Origin: a virus
Taxonomy: Duplodnaviria > Caudoviricetes
Strand: one strand, 5' to 3'
Virus record (IMG/VR): IMGVR_UViG_3300036783_000142
Location: 1-27,199 of that record
Length of the DNA stretch: 27,199 bases
Position 1 is the stretch's first letter. The number at the start of each line of letters is the position of its first letter. Under the pieces are notes generated by a model. The model saw only the letters and a list, made by a program, of their open reading frames with translations. It ran no database searches and was not told the DNA's origin. Made by a program: the position numbers and the translations under genes. Shown piece after piece: positions 1 through 8,302 of this stretch.

Positions 1-148
1 CCTGAGCCAGATGAGAGTCAAGTTCAGCGGCCAGAGCGGCTTCAGTTAACTGTTTGATTAATGGCGTTAAGATGCCATCTTTGCCGGTGAGTGCCTGACC
101 GGACTGGAGGGCTTTAAGCGCTTTGTCGAAATCGAAGGTTTGGGACAT
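1..148 (-). CDS. IS256-family transposase, N-terminal part (truncated by window edge)
   Basis: Manual translation from ATG at 148: MSQTFDFDKALKALQSGQALTGKDGILTPLIKQLTEAALAAELDSHLAQ, a typical IS256/IS285 N-terminus. AAGGA RBS-like motif upstream. Not in the ORF track. Confidence 0.9.
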   Translation of the reverse strand, partial: MSQTFDFDKALKALQSGQALTGKDGILTPLIKQLTEAALAAELDSHLAQ

Positions 149-205
149 ATGTCATTCCTTTTTGATTGTATACTACTGGAATGACACAGAATTTCTAACA
201 CTCCC
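1..205 (-). mobile_element. IS256-family insertion sequence, left end (continues beyond window start)
   Basis: Minus strand begins GGGAGTGTTAGAAATTCTGTGTCAT at 205, resembling IS285/IS1414-type terminal inverted repeats, and is followed by the transposase start. The flank TTTAAAAA (206-213) is AT-rich and a plausible target site. Confidence 0.85.
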
Positions 206-306
206 TTTAAAAATTACTATTTCATTTACCTCTGAGCGTTAGTGATGACCGTTTTGTCTAAACACCCATCTGTGAACTTTCATCTTTGATGAGCAGTTAT
301 CCCGCA

Positions 307-354
307 TAATCTGCCCGGGGGCAAATTACATCGTCCCCGCTAACATCACAAACT
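307..354 (+). promoter_or_regulatory. Putative activator-dependent late promoter (Plys-like): 22-bp dyad plus weak -10
   Basis: TAATCTGCCC-GG-GGGCAAATTA (307-328) is a near-perfect inverted repeat, with CAAACT 20 bp downstream. The same dyad recurs at 8231-8252. Confidence 0.65.
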
Positions 355-397
355 GACTCCTGTTTATTCTGCTCTCATTCAGATCACAGGAGTTTCC

Positions 398-778
398 ATG
401 TCACTACTTTACAAAGTCCGTAACCAGCGGCTGCGCAACTGGATCATCCTCGCCGTTGCTCTGCTGTCTGCTATCGCCATCATTTCGCCCGAACAGCTTG
501 GCGTCACGCTGTATAAGCTGTCTCTGGTTTCCATCGCTGCCATCCTCGGCTACCACCTTGATCGGGCTTTGTTTCCTTATGCAAGCCCAGGGGGGTACCT
601 AGCTAATGACTGGAAAAAGAAAAACACCCGGAAAATTAGCACTTTTAGCGGCATTGAGTATTACAGCGGCCCTGAGCATCCCGTCGCAAAAGGCTATGAG
701 CTGATTTTCGCTGTGGTCCTGATTCGCCGGGCGTTAATTGTCGCGGCGATCTGCCTCGGCGTGACGATGGGGCTCTGA
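398..778 (+). CDS. Putative holin (2-3 transmembrane segments)
   Basis: Three hydrophobic segments, GYHLDRALFPYA motif of Mu/B3-like holins, AGGAG RBS, directly upstream of the endolysin. Confidence 0.85.
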   Translation: MSLLYKVRNQRLRNWIILAVALLSAIAIISPEQLGVTLYKLSLVSIAAILGYHLDRALFPYASPGGYLANDWKKKNTRKISTFSGIEYYSGPEHPVAKGYELIFAVVLIRRALIVAAICLGVTMGL

Positions 779-780
779 CG

Positions 781-1413
781 ATGAACCGACTCGCGCTGTT
801 CTTCATCCTGATTTGCCTGCTGAGCGGGTGCCATCCGGTCCTTGCGGCCAGCATTCCGGTTGAGGCCCGGCAATACCAGCGCGAGCTGACCCGCAATGCC
901 CGTGCTGTCTGGGGGCTCAATGCTCCGGTGTCCACCTTCGCCGCCCAAATCCATCAGGAGTCACAGTGGAAAGCTCACGCCCGTTCGCCAGTCGGGGCTC
1001 AGGGGCTGGCGCAGTTCATGCCCGCGACTAGCAGCTGGATTGCCGGTATTTATCCCGCCGAGTTGAAAGGCCATCAGCCTTACAACCCGTCGTGGGCCAT
1101 GCGGGCGCTGGTGCAGTACAACCGCTGGCACTGGCAACGTATCACCGGTACCGCCAGCGACTGTGACCGCATGGCTTTTGCGCTGTCGGCCTATAACGGC
1201 GGTTTGGGATGGGTCCAGAAAGACCGGAAGCTGGCCAGCAGTCGTGGGCTGGATGCCAGTCGTTACTGGAATCAGGTCGAAAAGGTGAATACGGGCCGCA
1301 GCGCTGCCAACTTTCGCGAGAACCGGGGCTATCCCCTGAAAATCATCTACACCTGGCAACCGCTTTATCTGGCGGCGGGCTGGGGTCCGGGAGAATGCCA
1401 TGAAGTTGACTGA
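781..1413 (+). CDS. Endolysin, lytic transglycosylase (SLT domain) with N-terminal signal
   Basis: SLT motifs QES, GAQGLAQFMP and AYNGG; hydrophobic N-terminus. Confidence 0.92.
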   Translation: MNRLALFFILICLLSGCHPVLAASIPVEARQYQRELTRNARAVWGLNAPVSTFAAQIHQESQWKAHARSPVGAQGLAQFMPATSSWIAGIYPAELKGHQPYNPSWAMRALVQYNRWHWQRITGTASDCDRMAFALSAYNGGLGWVQKDRKLASSRGLDASRYWNQVEKVNTGRSAANFRENRGYPLKIIYTWQPLYLAAGWGPGECHEVD

Positions 1414-1849
1414 CTGGGTGAAGGTGATCGCCCGTTATCTGTTGTGGGGAGCGCTGATGCTGGGCTCGGTCTGGTTTATCTGGCGTCAGGGATACGAGCG
1501 TGGGGAAGCGGATGTGCGCATTGAGGTCGCGAATCAGAAGACTCAGCAGGCTGCCGACTCCCTGAATCAGTTTATCGACGGGGCCAGGAAACTGACTGCG
1601 CAGGCGAATCAGGCCAGTACGTTACTGGCACAACAAATCAACGCCCGCCAGCAGGCGGATGAAAAATCTACGGAGGCCATTCGTGAGGCTCTCAAAAAGA
1701 ACGCTGCCAGTCGTGCTGGTTGCAGGTTTGATGCTGACGTCATGCAGGAACTCGCCGGAGCCCGGGAGAGAGCAGCAACAGCCGCTTCCTCGGGTCTTGC
1801 CAGCGAGGATGGCCGTACCATGCCCTCGTCCGGTGTTTCCGGCAAGTAG
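1400..1849 (+). CDS. Rz-like inner-membrane spanin
   Basis: One N-terminal TM segment followed by an Ala/Gln-rich coiled coil and a Cys near the C-terminus; follows the endolysin. Confidence 0.75.
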   Translation: MKLTDWVKVIARYLLWGALMLGSVWFIWRQGYERGEADVRIEVANQKTQQAADSLNQFIDGARKLTAQANQASTLLAQQINARQQADEKSTEAIREALKKNAASRAGCRFDADVMQELAGARERAATAASSGLASEDGRTMPSSGVSGK

Positions 1850-1967
1850 CGGTATGGACGATCTCGCGGTGGCTCAGAAGCAGTTATATGACCAGTACGG
1901 CCTGTGCGCCGGTCAGCTGGTTGAAGTCATCAAGTGTGCCCAGGAGGGTAACTGTGGGAATAAATGA
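1659..1967 (+). CDS. Rz1-like outer-membrane lipoprotein spanin (overlapping Rz)
   Basis: Signal peptide with lipobox LTSC, Pro-rich mature region with additional Cys, read in a different frame across the 3' part of Rz. Confidence 0.72.
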   Translation: MKNLRRPFVRLSKRTLPVVLVAGLMLTSCRNSPEPGREQQQPLPRVLPARMAVPCPRPVFPASSGMDDLAVAQKQLYDQYGLCAGQLVEVIKCAQEGNCGNK

Positions 1968-2256
1968 ACTGAGATTCGACTGGGCATTTTTGCAATGGGC
2001 AGTGATGGCGGTAGTCGGTGTCTATACCTGGCTGATTGGTCGTCAGTCCGCCAGCCAGAAGGAATTGCTGGAGCTGCGTACCCGCATCACCACCGTTGAG
2101 GCACAGATAAAATCGGTGCCAACGCAGTCGCAAATCACCGAACTCATCGCAAAACTGAGCCGTACTGAAGCCCAGATGCACGGGATGCAGGAGCAGATAG
2201 CGGCCACCTATCGTCGTACTGAGAATATCGAAGCCTATCTGCTGCAGAAGAAATAA
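1954..2256 (+). CDS. Mu gp25-like membrane-anchored coiled-coil protein (DUF2730-like)
   Basis: GTG at 1954 with AGGAGG RBS (in frame with ORF 1888..2256); N-terminal TM segment plus coiled coil; syntenic position. Confidence 0.7.
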   Translation: MGINELRFDWAFLQWAVMAVVGVYTWLIGRQSASQKELLELRTRITTVEAQIKSVPTQSQITELIAKLSRTEAQMHGMQEQIAATYRRTENIEAYLLQKK

Positions 2257-2266
2257 CGGAGGACCC

Positions 2267-2563
2267 ATGAACTTTGCCAGTTTTTTGCGTGAGGACCAGC
2301 GCCTCGTCATGCTGCGTTTTTTGTCCGAGATGCCGAGTTACAGCTCCAACAGTTCCGTCATTTACCAGGCGCTGACCCGCTATGGCCACGCCCCCAGCCG
2401 CGATCAGATCAAATCAGAGTTGCGCTGGCTTGAAGAGCAGGGTCTGGTGACGGTTGAAGATATCGGGACGGTGCTGGTTGCCCGCCTGACCGAACGCGGC
2501 GCTGATGTAGCTGCGGGTCGGGCGATTGTGCCTGGTGTGAAGCGTCCCGGCGCGGGAGGCTGA
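2267..2563 (+). CDS. Mu gp26-like winged-helix protein
   Basis: EDQRLVMLRFL...WLEEQGLV...LTERGADVAAG...PGVKRP pattern typical of gp26 homologues; GGAGG RBS. Confidence 0.8.
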   Translation: MNFASFLREDQRLVMLRFLSEMPSYSSNSSVIYQALTRYGHAPSRDQIKSELRWLEEQGLVTVEDIGTVLVARLTERGADVAAGRAIVPGVKRPGAGG

Positions 2564-2564
2564 T

Positions 2565-3113
2565 ATGGGAAGAAAGTCCACGATTCACCGTCTGGAGCCT
2601 GACGTCCGCGCCCATATCGAGCGCCGTCTGCGGGAAGACCGTATGACGCTGGATGAGCTGCTGGCCGATATCCACGAACACTTCCCGGGCGAGGACGCAC
2701 CCAGCCGCAGTGCGCTGGGTCGTTATAAGCAGACGTTTGGCGAAATGGTCAGTCGCATGCGCGAGCAGGACCAGATGGCCCGCCTGCTGGTCAGTGAGCT
2801 GGGAGAGAATCCGGACGAACGCGCCGGTGCCCTGATGGTTCAGGCCGTCACCACGCTCACCACCCATGCCGCCTTTACCGCTCAGCAGGCCGAGGACCCG
2901 GACATCGACACGGTGCGCCATCTTGCCCGTGCCGCCAAAGACGTCCTGCAGTCGCGTAAGGCCAGCCTCGATGAGCGCCGCGAGATTGAGCGTGCCGCCC
3001 GTGAGCGGCTGCTGCACGAGCAGGAAGAGAATCTGAAAGAGACGGCCAGAGCGCAGGGGTTAAGCGAAGACCAGGTGCAGTTCTGGCGTGAGCGCGTGCT
3101 GGGGATCAAGTGA
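2565..3113 (+). CDS. Mu gp27-like protein (DUF3486), putative small terminase subunit
   Basis: MGRKSTIHRL N-terminus, SRSALGRY motif, immediately upstream of TerL. Confidence 0.85.
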   Translation: MGRKSTIHRLEPDVRAHIERRLREDRMTLDELLADIHEHFPGEDAPSRSALGRYKQTFGEMVSRMREQDQMARLLVSELGENPDERAGALMVQAVTTLTTHAAFTAQQAEDPDIDTVRHLARAAKDVLQSRKASLDERREIERAARERLLHEQEENLKETARAQGLSEDQVQFWRERVLGIK

Positions 3114-4795
3114 TGAAACCATTAGCGTCCACTATCCGTACCGTTGAATGGGATGAGCTTCCGGCGCGGGCCCGGGAAATCCCGTTCGGCTTCAACCCGT
3201 TTGCCGACGGTGTGTTGATGGCCCACCAGGTGGAATGCCTCAAATTTGATGTGTCCATTCTGGCTATCCCGAAGGGGCGGCGTACCGGTATCACCTTCGC
3301 CTGGGGGCTTAACTCGACCCTGATAGCCGGGGCACAGAAAGCCGCTGGCGGCGACAACGTCTACTACATCGGTGATACCAAAGAGAAAGGGCTGGAGTTC
3401 ATTGGCTACGTGGCCAAGTTCGCCCGCGTCATCGCAGCCCAGCAGGCGCAGGACGTCTCAGCGATTGAAGAGTTCCTTTTCGAAGACCAGGACGAACAGG
3501 GTAATACCCGGATGATTGCGGCCTATCGTGTCCGCTTCGCCAGCGGGTTCCAGGTAGCAGCGCTCTCTTCCCGACCTGCCAACATCCGTGGTCTTCAGGG
3601 CGTCGTCATTATCGACGAAGCCGCATTCCATGCTGACGTTCAGGGGGTACTGGATGCGGCCACCGCGCTGCTTATCTGGGGCGGGCGTATTGTGGTCATC
3701 AGCTCAGAGAACGGCAAAAATAACCCGTTCCACCAGTTCTGTAAGGATATTGAAGAGGGGCGCTACGGTGACGATGCCGCCGTGTTACGTATCACCTTCG
3801 ATGATGCAGTGACGAACGGCCTGTACGAGCGGGTCTGCGCGATGAAGGACGAAGCGGCAACCGTCGAGGGGAAAAAGACCTGGTATAACCGCATCCGCAA
3901 CGCCTATGGCCCGCGTAAAGCGGCCATGCGCGAAGAGCTGGACGCCATCCCGCGTGACGGTAACGGTATCTGTATTCCCGGTGTCTGGATCGAGCGGGCC
4001 ATGCCGGAGGAACGGCCCGTCATCCGTCTCGCGCTGGATGATGATTTTATCCATATGACAGAGGCGGAACGTGCCGCATGGGGTAATGACTGGATTGACA
4101 GGGAGCTGCGTCCGGTGATGGCTGAAACCCTGAACCCGGAGCTGCGCCACGTGTTTGGTATGGACTTCGCCCGACACCGTCACTTTTCCTCCATCGTACC
4201 GATGGCCATCATGCAGAACCTGTGTCGTGACGTCCCGTTCCTGCTGGAGCTGAACAACGTGCCGTCGGCGCTGCAGCAGCAGATTTTGTTCTGGATCATC
4301 GAGCATCTTCCCCGCCAGTCAGGCGGCGCGATGGATGCCACCGGACCGGGTATGGTGCTAGCAGAGTACACCGCCGACCGCTATGGTCGCCCGCGTATAG
4401 CTGAAATCACCCTGAACCGTAAGTGGTACGGCTTCTGGATGCCAAAATTCACCGGTCTGTTTGAGGACAGCATGATCATCCTGCCGCGCGATGAGAACAC
4501 GGCACAGGACCTGAGGGCAGTGGAAAACATCGATGGCGTACCAATGGTGGCCAGTCTGGAGAAAAAAGACCTCAAAGACCCCGAACTGGTGCGTCACGGC
4601 GATACCGCGATTGCCGGTTGTCTGGCGAATTATGCCGCCCTGAATCTGGCCACTGAGATAGCGTTTGAGTCCACCGGCGAGCGCGACATTTTCCGCGTGC
4701 TGTCAGGCTTCGGCGACAGCAGCAGCGTCGGTGAATTCACTGACACCGGATTCGGTACCGTGCGTGGCATTAATGACTTTGGAGGATTCCTGTGA
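3110..4795 (+). CDS. Terminase large subunit (Mu gp28-like)
   Basis: Walker A-like KGRRTGIT, Walker B VIIDEAAF, nuclease motifs FGMDFAR and HGD. Confidence 0.93.
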   Translation: MMKPLASTIRTVEWDELPARAREIPFGFNPFADGVLMAHQVECLKFDVSILAIPKGRRTGITFAWGLNSTLIAGAQKAAGGDNVYYIGDTKEKGLEFIGYVAKFARVIAAQQAQDVSAIEEFLFEDQDEQGNTRMIAAYRVRFASGFQVAALSSRPANIRGLQGVVIIDEAAFHADVQGVLDAATALLIWGGRIVVISSENGKNNPFHQFCKDIEEGRYGDDAAVLRITFDDAVTNGLYERVCAMKDEAATVEGKKTWYNRIRNAYGPRKAAMREELDAIPRDGNGICIPGVWIERAMPEERPVIRLALDDDFIHMTEAERAAWGNDWIDRELRPVMAETLNPELRHVFGMDFARHRHFSSIVPMAIMQNLCRDVPFLLELNNVPSALQQQILFWIIEHLPRQSGGAMDATGPGMVLAEYTADRYGRPRIAEITLNRKWYGFWMPKFTGLFEDSMIILPRDENTAQDLRAVENIDGVPMVASLEKKDLKDPELVRHGDTAIAGCLANYAALNLATEIAFESTGERDIFRVLSGFGDSSSVGEFTDTGFGTVRGINDFGGFL

Positions 4796-6306
4796 GTCGC
4801 AAAAAACAAAAAAGACAAATGCCATCAAAACTCTCAGCCACACCACGTCCTGAACTGGGGCGCGAGTTTGCCTCGACCGGTGACGGGCGCGATATTACCC
4901 GCCCGTGGATTGGTGCGCTGGCATTATCCGATGACAGCGTTCTGCAGCATCGCGGCGCACCTGACCTGAAGATTTACCGCGAGGTACTGAGTGACGACGA
5001 GGTCAAGTCGGCCTTCAGCCAGCGGCAGGATGCGCTGATATCCCGTGAGATTAAGGTCGAGGCCGGAGGCGAACGCCCGGTGGATATCGAGGCGGCAGAC
5101 GCCATGCGCCAGCAGATAGACGCGCTGGGCTTCGACCGCATCACCCGCCTGATGCACTATGGCGTGTTCTATGGTTATGCGGTGTCAGAGCTGATTTATG
5201 GTGTCCGGGATAATTTACTGTGGATTGACGACATTAAGGTCCGCGACCGTCGCCGCTTCCGCTTCAGCCCTAAAGGCGAACTGCGCCTGCTGACCCCACA
5301 GAACATGATGGCCGGTGAGCCCTGCGAGGGGCCGTACTTCTGGTCATTTTCCACCGGCGCAGATCACGATGATGAACCCTACGGTCTGGGGCTGGCGCAC
5401 TGGCTGTACTGGCCGACGTTCTTCAAGCGCAACGATATCAAGTTCTGGCTGATTTTCCTGGACAAGTTCGGAATGCCAACCGTCGCCGGGAAACACCCCG
5501 AAGGGGCCACGCCGGAGCAGAAACGTAACCTGCTGGCGCTGACCCGGGCCATTTCGACCGACAGCGGCGTCATTATGCCCGAGGGGATGAGCGTCGAACT
5601 GATGTCAGCAGCCCGTTCCGGTGCGGCTGATTACCAGGCGATGTACAACGCGATGAATGAGGCCATCCGCCGCGTGACGGTGGGTCAGATCTCCAGCTCC
5701 GGCGGTGCGGCAAAAGGTATCGGTGGTAACGAGTCCCTGCAGGACAAAGTGCTGGATTCCATCGTCAAGGCTGATGCCGATATTATCTGCGAGTCATGGA
5801 ACCGTGGTCCGGGGAAATGGTTTACCGAGTTTAATTTTCCCGATGCCGCAGTGCCGGTGGTGTCTCGCGTCTTCGAAGAGGCGGAAGACCTGAAAGACCG
5901 GGCTGAGCGCGACAAAACCATCAGCGAGACCACTGGCTATCGTCCGACGCTGGCCACCATTAAAGAGACCTATGGTGGCGAGTGGGAGCAGAAGCCTGAA
6001 CCAGTATCCGTTCCCCGGGGCGCTGCGCCGTCGTCATTCGCGGAACATTACCCGGACCATAACGACACGTCCACACTGATGGCCGGTCGCCTTAATACCG
6101 AACTGCGCCCGGTCATGGACGGCTGGATCGATCAGATAAAAGCGCTGGTCGACTCAGCGGAGACCGCCGACGAGCTGCGTGACGGCCTGACGGCGCTGAT
6201 ACCCGATATGTCGCTTGATGACTATGCCCGTATTCTGGGCGAAGCCATGTCCGCTGCCGCCCTGGCAGGACGTAACGATCTGCTGGAGGAAATGAATGGC
6301 CGGTAA
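4792..6306 (+). CDS. Portal protein (Mu gp29-like, DUF935)
   Basis: PYGLGLAHWLYWPTFFK...WLIFLDKFGMP motif; follows TerL; GGAGG RBS. Confidence 0.92.
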   Translation: MSRKKQKRQMPSKLSATPRPELGREFASTGDGRDITRPWIGALALSDDSVLQHRGAPDLKIYREVLSDDEVKSAFSQRQDALISREIKVEAGGERPVDIEAADAMRQQIDALGFDRITRLMHYGVFYGYAVSELIYGVRDNLLWIDDIKVRDRRRFRFSPKGELRLLTPQNMMAGEPCEGPYFWSFSTGADHDDEPYGLGLAHWLYWPTFFKRNDIKFWLIFLDKFGMPTVAGKHPEGATPEQKRNLLALTRAISTDSGVIMPEGMSVELMSAARSGAADYQAMYNAMNEAIRRVTVGQISSSGGAAKGIGGNESLQDKVLDSIVKADADIICESWNRGPGKWFTEFNFPDAAVPVVSRVFEEAEDLKDRAERDKTISETTGYRPTLATIKETYGGEWEQKPEPVSVPRGAAPSSFAEHYPDHNDTSTLMAGRLNTELRPVMDGWIDQIKALVDSAETADELRDGLTALIPDMSLDDYARILGEAMSAAALAGRNDLLEEMNGR

Positions 6307-7513
6307 CGTCAGCTATGGCTCGCTGCCGTTCAGCGAGCAGATCGCCTTCTTCCGTCGCAAGTTCAGTACAAAGACCGATGCCTGGACAGACGTCTATGGC
6401 TCCGCGCATGACAATGAGTTTATGGTTGCCGGAGCCAGCCGCGATGCCCTGCTGGCAGACTTGCGTACCGCAGTCGAGAAAAGTCTTGACGGTGGTACGC
6501 TGGAAACCTTCCGCAAGGACTTTGCGGCCATCGTTGCCCGTTATGGCTGGAGTTATAACGGCGGCTTTGAGTGGCGCTCACGCACCATTTACGAAACGAA
6601 CCTGCGCAGCGCTTACATGGCCGGGCGCTACCAGCAGCTGATGGATATGCGCGACACCCATCCGTACTGGGAGTATGTCCACAGCGATGCAGTGGAGCAT
6701 CCCCGAGAGGAGCATCTGGGCTGGAACGGTATGGTGCTGCGGGCGGATGATCCGTGGTGGATTTACCATTTCCCGATCAATGCCTGGGGATGCCAGTGCA
6801 GTGTGATTGCCCGCACCGAAGACGACCTGCGACGCATGGGCAAAGATGGCCCGGATACTGCGCCCCCGATTAAATTCATGGCCCGCGTGATTGGTCAGCG
6901 CAGCCCGGGAGGCCTGAGGACCGTTATTGTGCCAGAGGGGATTGACCCGGGCTTTGAGCATACCCCGGGCCGCAGTCGGTATTTCAGTGAGGTGCCACCG
7001 CCCCGGAGTGGCAGTCCGGTCGGCGACGGACCGTTCTCCCCAGTGTCGGAAGCGCCAGCCGCAGTGGCACCGTTGCCAGCGCCCCGTCCGGCTCCGGTGC
7101 ATGAAGATGATACTGACGCGGTGGATGCCTTCCTGCAGCTGTTCGGCGCGACCGCTGACCGTGATGCAGCGTTCCGGGACCCGACGGGCCAGCGCATCGC
7201 CATTGGCAGCGATATGTTCACATCGCCGGAAGGTCAGGGCCAGATACCGCTGACACTGGCGCAGGCACTTCAGCTGGCCGAGGCTGTCCGTCACCCCGAT
7301 GAAATATGGGCGCAGATTGTCTGGTTGCCGGAAGAACAGCAGTCGCTGGTGAGGCGCTATTACCTGGCACGCATGCAGCAGGAAGGTGAAGCGGACCCAC
7401 TGTCGGTGGTGTTCGCGACCGGGCGCGATGGCTGGGCCGGGAATATTTCAACTGACGATACGCTGCTGCAGTCGCTGCGACAGGGTATCAGCCTGTGGTC
7501 GCGGGAGGACTGA
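6296..7513 (+). CDS. MuF (gp30-like) minor head protein with C-terminal extension
   Basis: N-terminal MuF domain (TIYETNLRSAYMAGR, HPREEH, PINAWGCQCSV), Pro-rich linker, then a ~135 aa C-terminal domain. Confidence 0.9.
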   Translation: MAGNVSYGSLPFSEQIAFFRRKFSTKTDAWTDVYGSAHDNEFMVAGASRDALLADLRTAVEKSLDGGTLETFRKDFAAIVARYGWSYNGGFEWRSRTIYETNLRSAYMAGRYQQLMDMRDTHPYWEYVHSDAVEHPREEHLGWNGMVLRADDPWWIYHFPINAWGCQCSVIARTEDDLRRMGKDGPDTAPPIKFMARVIGQRSPGGLRTVIVPEGIDPGFEHTPGRSRYFSEVPPPRSGSPVGDGPFSPVSEAPAAVAPLPAPRPAPVHEDDTDAVDAFLQLFGATADRDAAFRDPTGQRIAIGSDMFTSPEGQGQIPLTLAQALQLAEAVRHPDEIWAQIVWLPEEQQSLVRRYYLARMQQEGEADPLSVVFATGRDGWAGNISTDDTLLQSLRQGISLWSRED

Positions 7514-7515
7514 CG

Positions 7516-8076
7516 ATGTCGGGTGTGACGCTGACGTTTGATGCTCAGGATGCGCTGAGCCGACTCTGGGATGCCCGGACCGAAATGATGCGCCCGGCAC
7601 CGCTGCTGCGTTCAATGGGAGAGCGCCTGCTGGAGTTTCACCAGCAGCGTTTCACGGAGCAGACATCGCCGGAGGGCGTACCGTGGCAGGAGCTGTCGGC
7701 CCGGTACCAGAAACGTAAGCGGAAAAATGCGGACAAGGTTCTCACCCGCGACGGTTATCTGCGTAACACCCTGCGCTGGCAGGTGAATGCTGATGAACTG
7801 CTGTTCGGTACGAACCGTGTCTATGGTGCCATTCACCAGTTTGGCGGGACCATCGAAATCGCCGCCCGCAGTCAGCAGGCGTATTACCGGCAGAAGAAAA
7901 ACGGCAAGGTTGCCAGTCAGTTCGTCCGTAAGTCGAAATCAAACTACTCACAGTGGCACACCATTCCGGCCTACAAAATCACGCTCCCCGCCAGAAAGTG
8001 GCTGGGTGTGTCAAAAGCAGAAGGGGAAACCCTTATCGATATGGCGAAAAACTACCTGCAGGGGGCGTTTAACTGA
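7516..8076 (+). CDS. Virion morphogenesis protein (Mu gpG-like)
   Basis: SPEGVPWQELS, GTNRVYGAIHQFGG, LPARKWLG motifs; ATG at 7516 with GGAGG RBS. Confidence 0.9.
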   Translation: MSGVTLTFDAQDALSRLWDARTEMMRPAPLLRSMGERLLEFHQQRFTEQTSPEGVPWQELSARYQKRKRKNADKVLTRDGYLRNTLRWQVNADELLFGTNRVYGAIHQFGGTIEIAARSQQAYYRQKKNGKVASQFVRKSKSNYSQWHTIPAYKITLPARKWLGVSKAEGETLIDMAKNYLQGAFN

Positions 8077-8230
8077 TGTCGCCGTCAGACGCCCTGTAAC
8101 GCGTTCTGGTGGTCGCCTGGCTATGATGACGCAATCCACGCTGGCGACCCATATTATAATACGTTTTAATACGGTTCCCGGCCCTTTTCCTCCCCTGCGC
8201 TGACCCTCAGTTTTACCTTCCGTCCCGTTT

Positions 8231-8277
8231 TTATCTGTCCGTGGGCAGATTACCCCCTGAGCACGTTTCGTCATGAT
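8231..8277 (+). promoter_or_regulatory. Putative activator-dependent late promoter (PI-like)
   Basis: TTATCTGTCC-GT-GGGCAGATTA dyad matching 307-328, with CATGAT 19 bp downstream, upstream of the protease gene. Confidence 0.65.
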
Positions 8278-8302
8278 GTCGCCATAACCCCTGACAACCA
8301 GA

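Noticed and set aside
206-300. Tiny minus-strand ORFs (MKVHRWVFRQNGHH, and MK after a GAGGT)
   Set aside because: Too short to call; no evidence of function.
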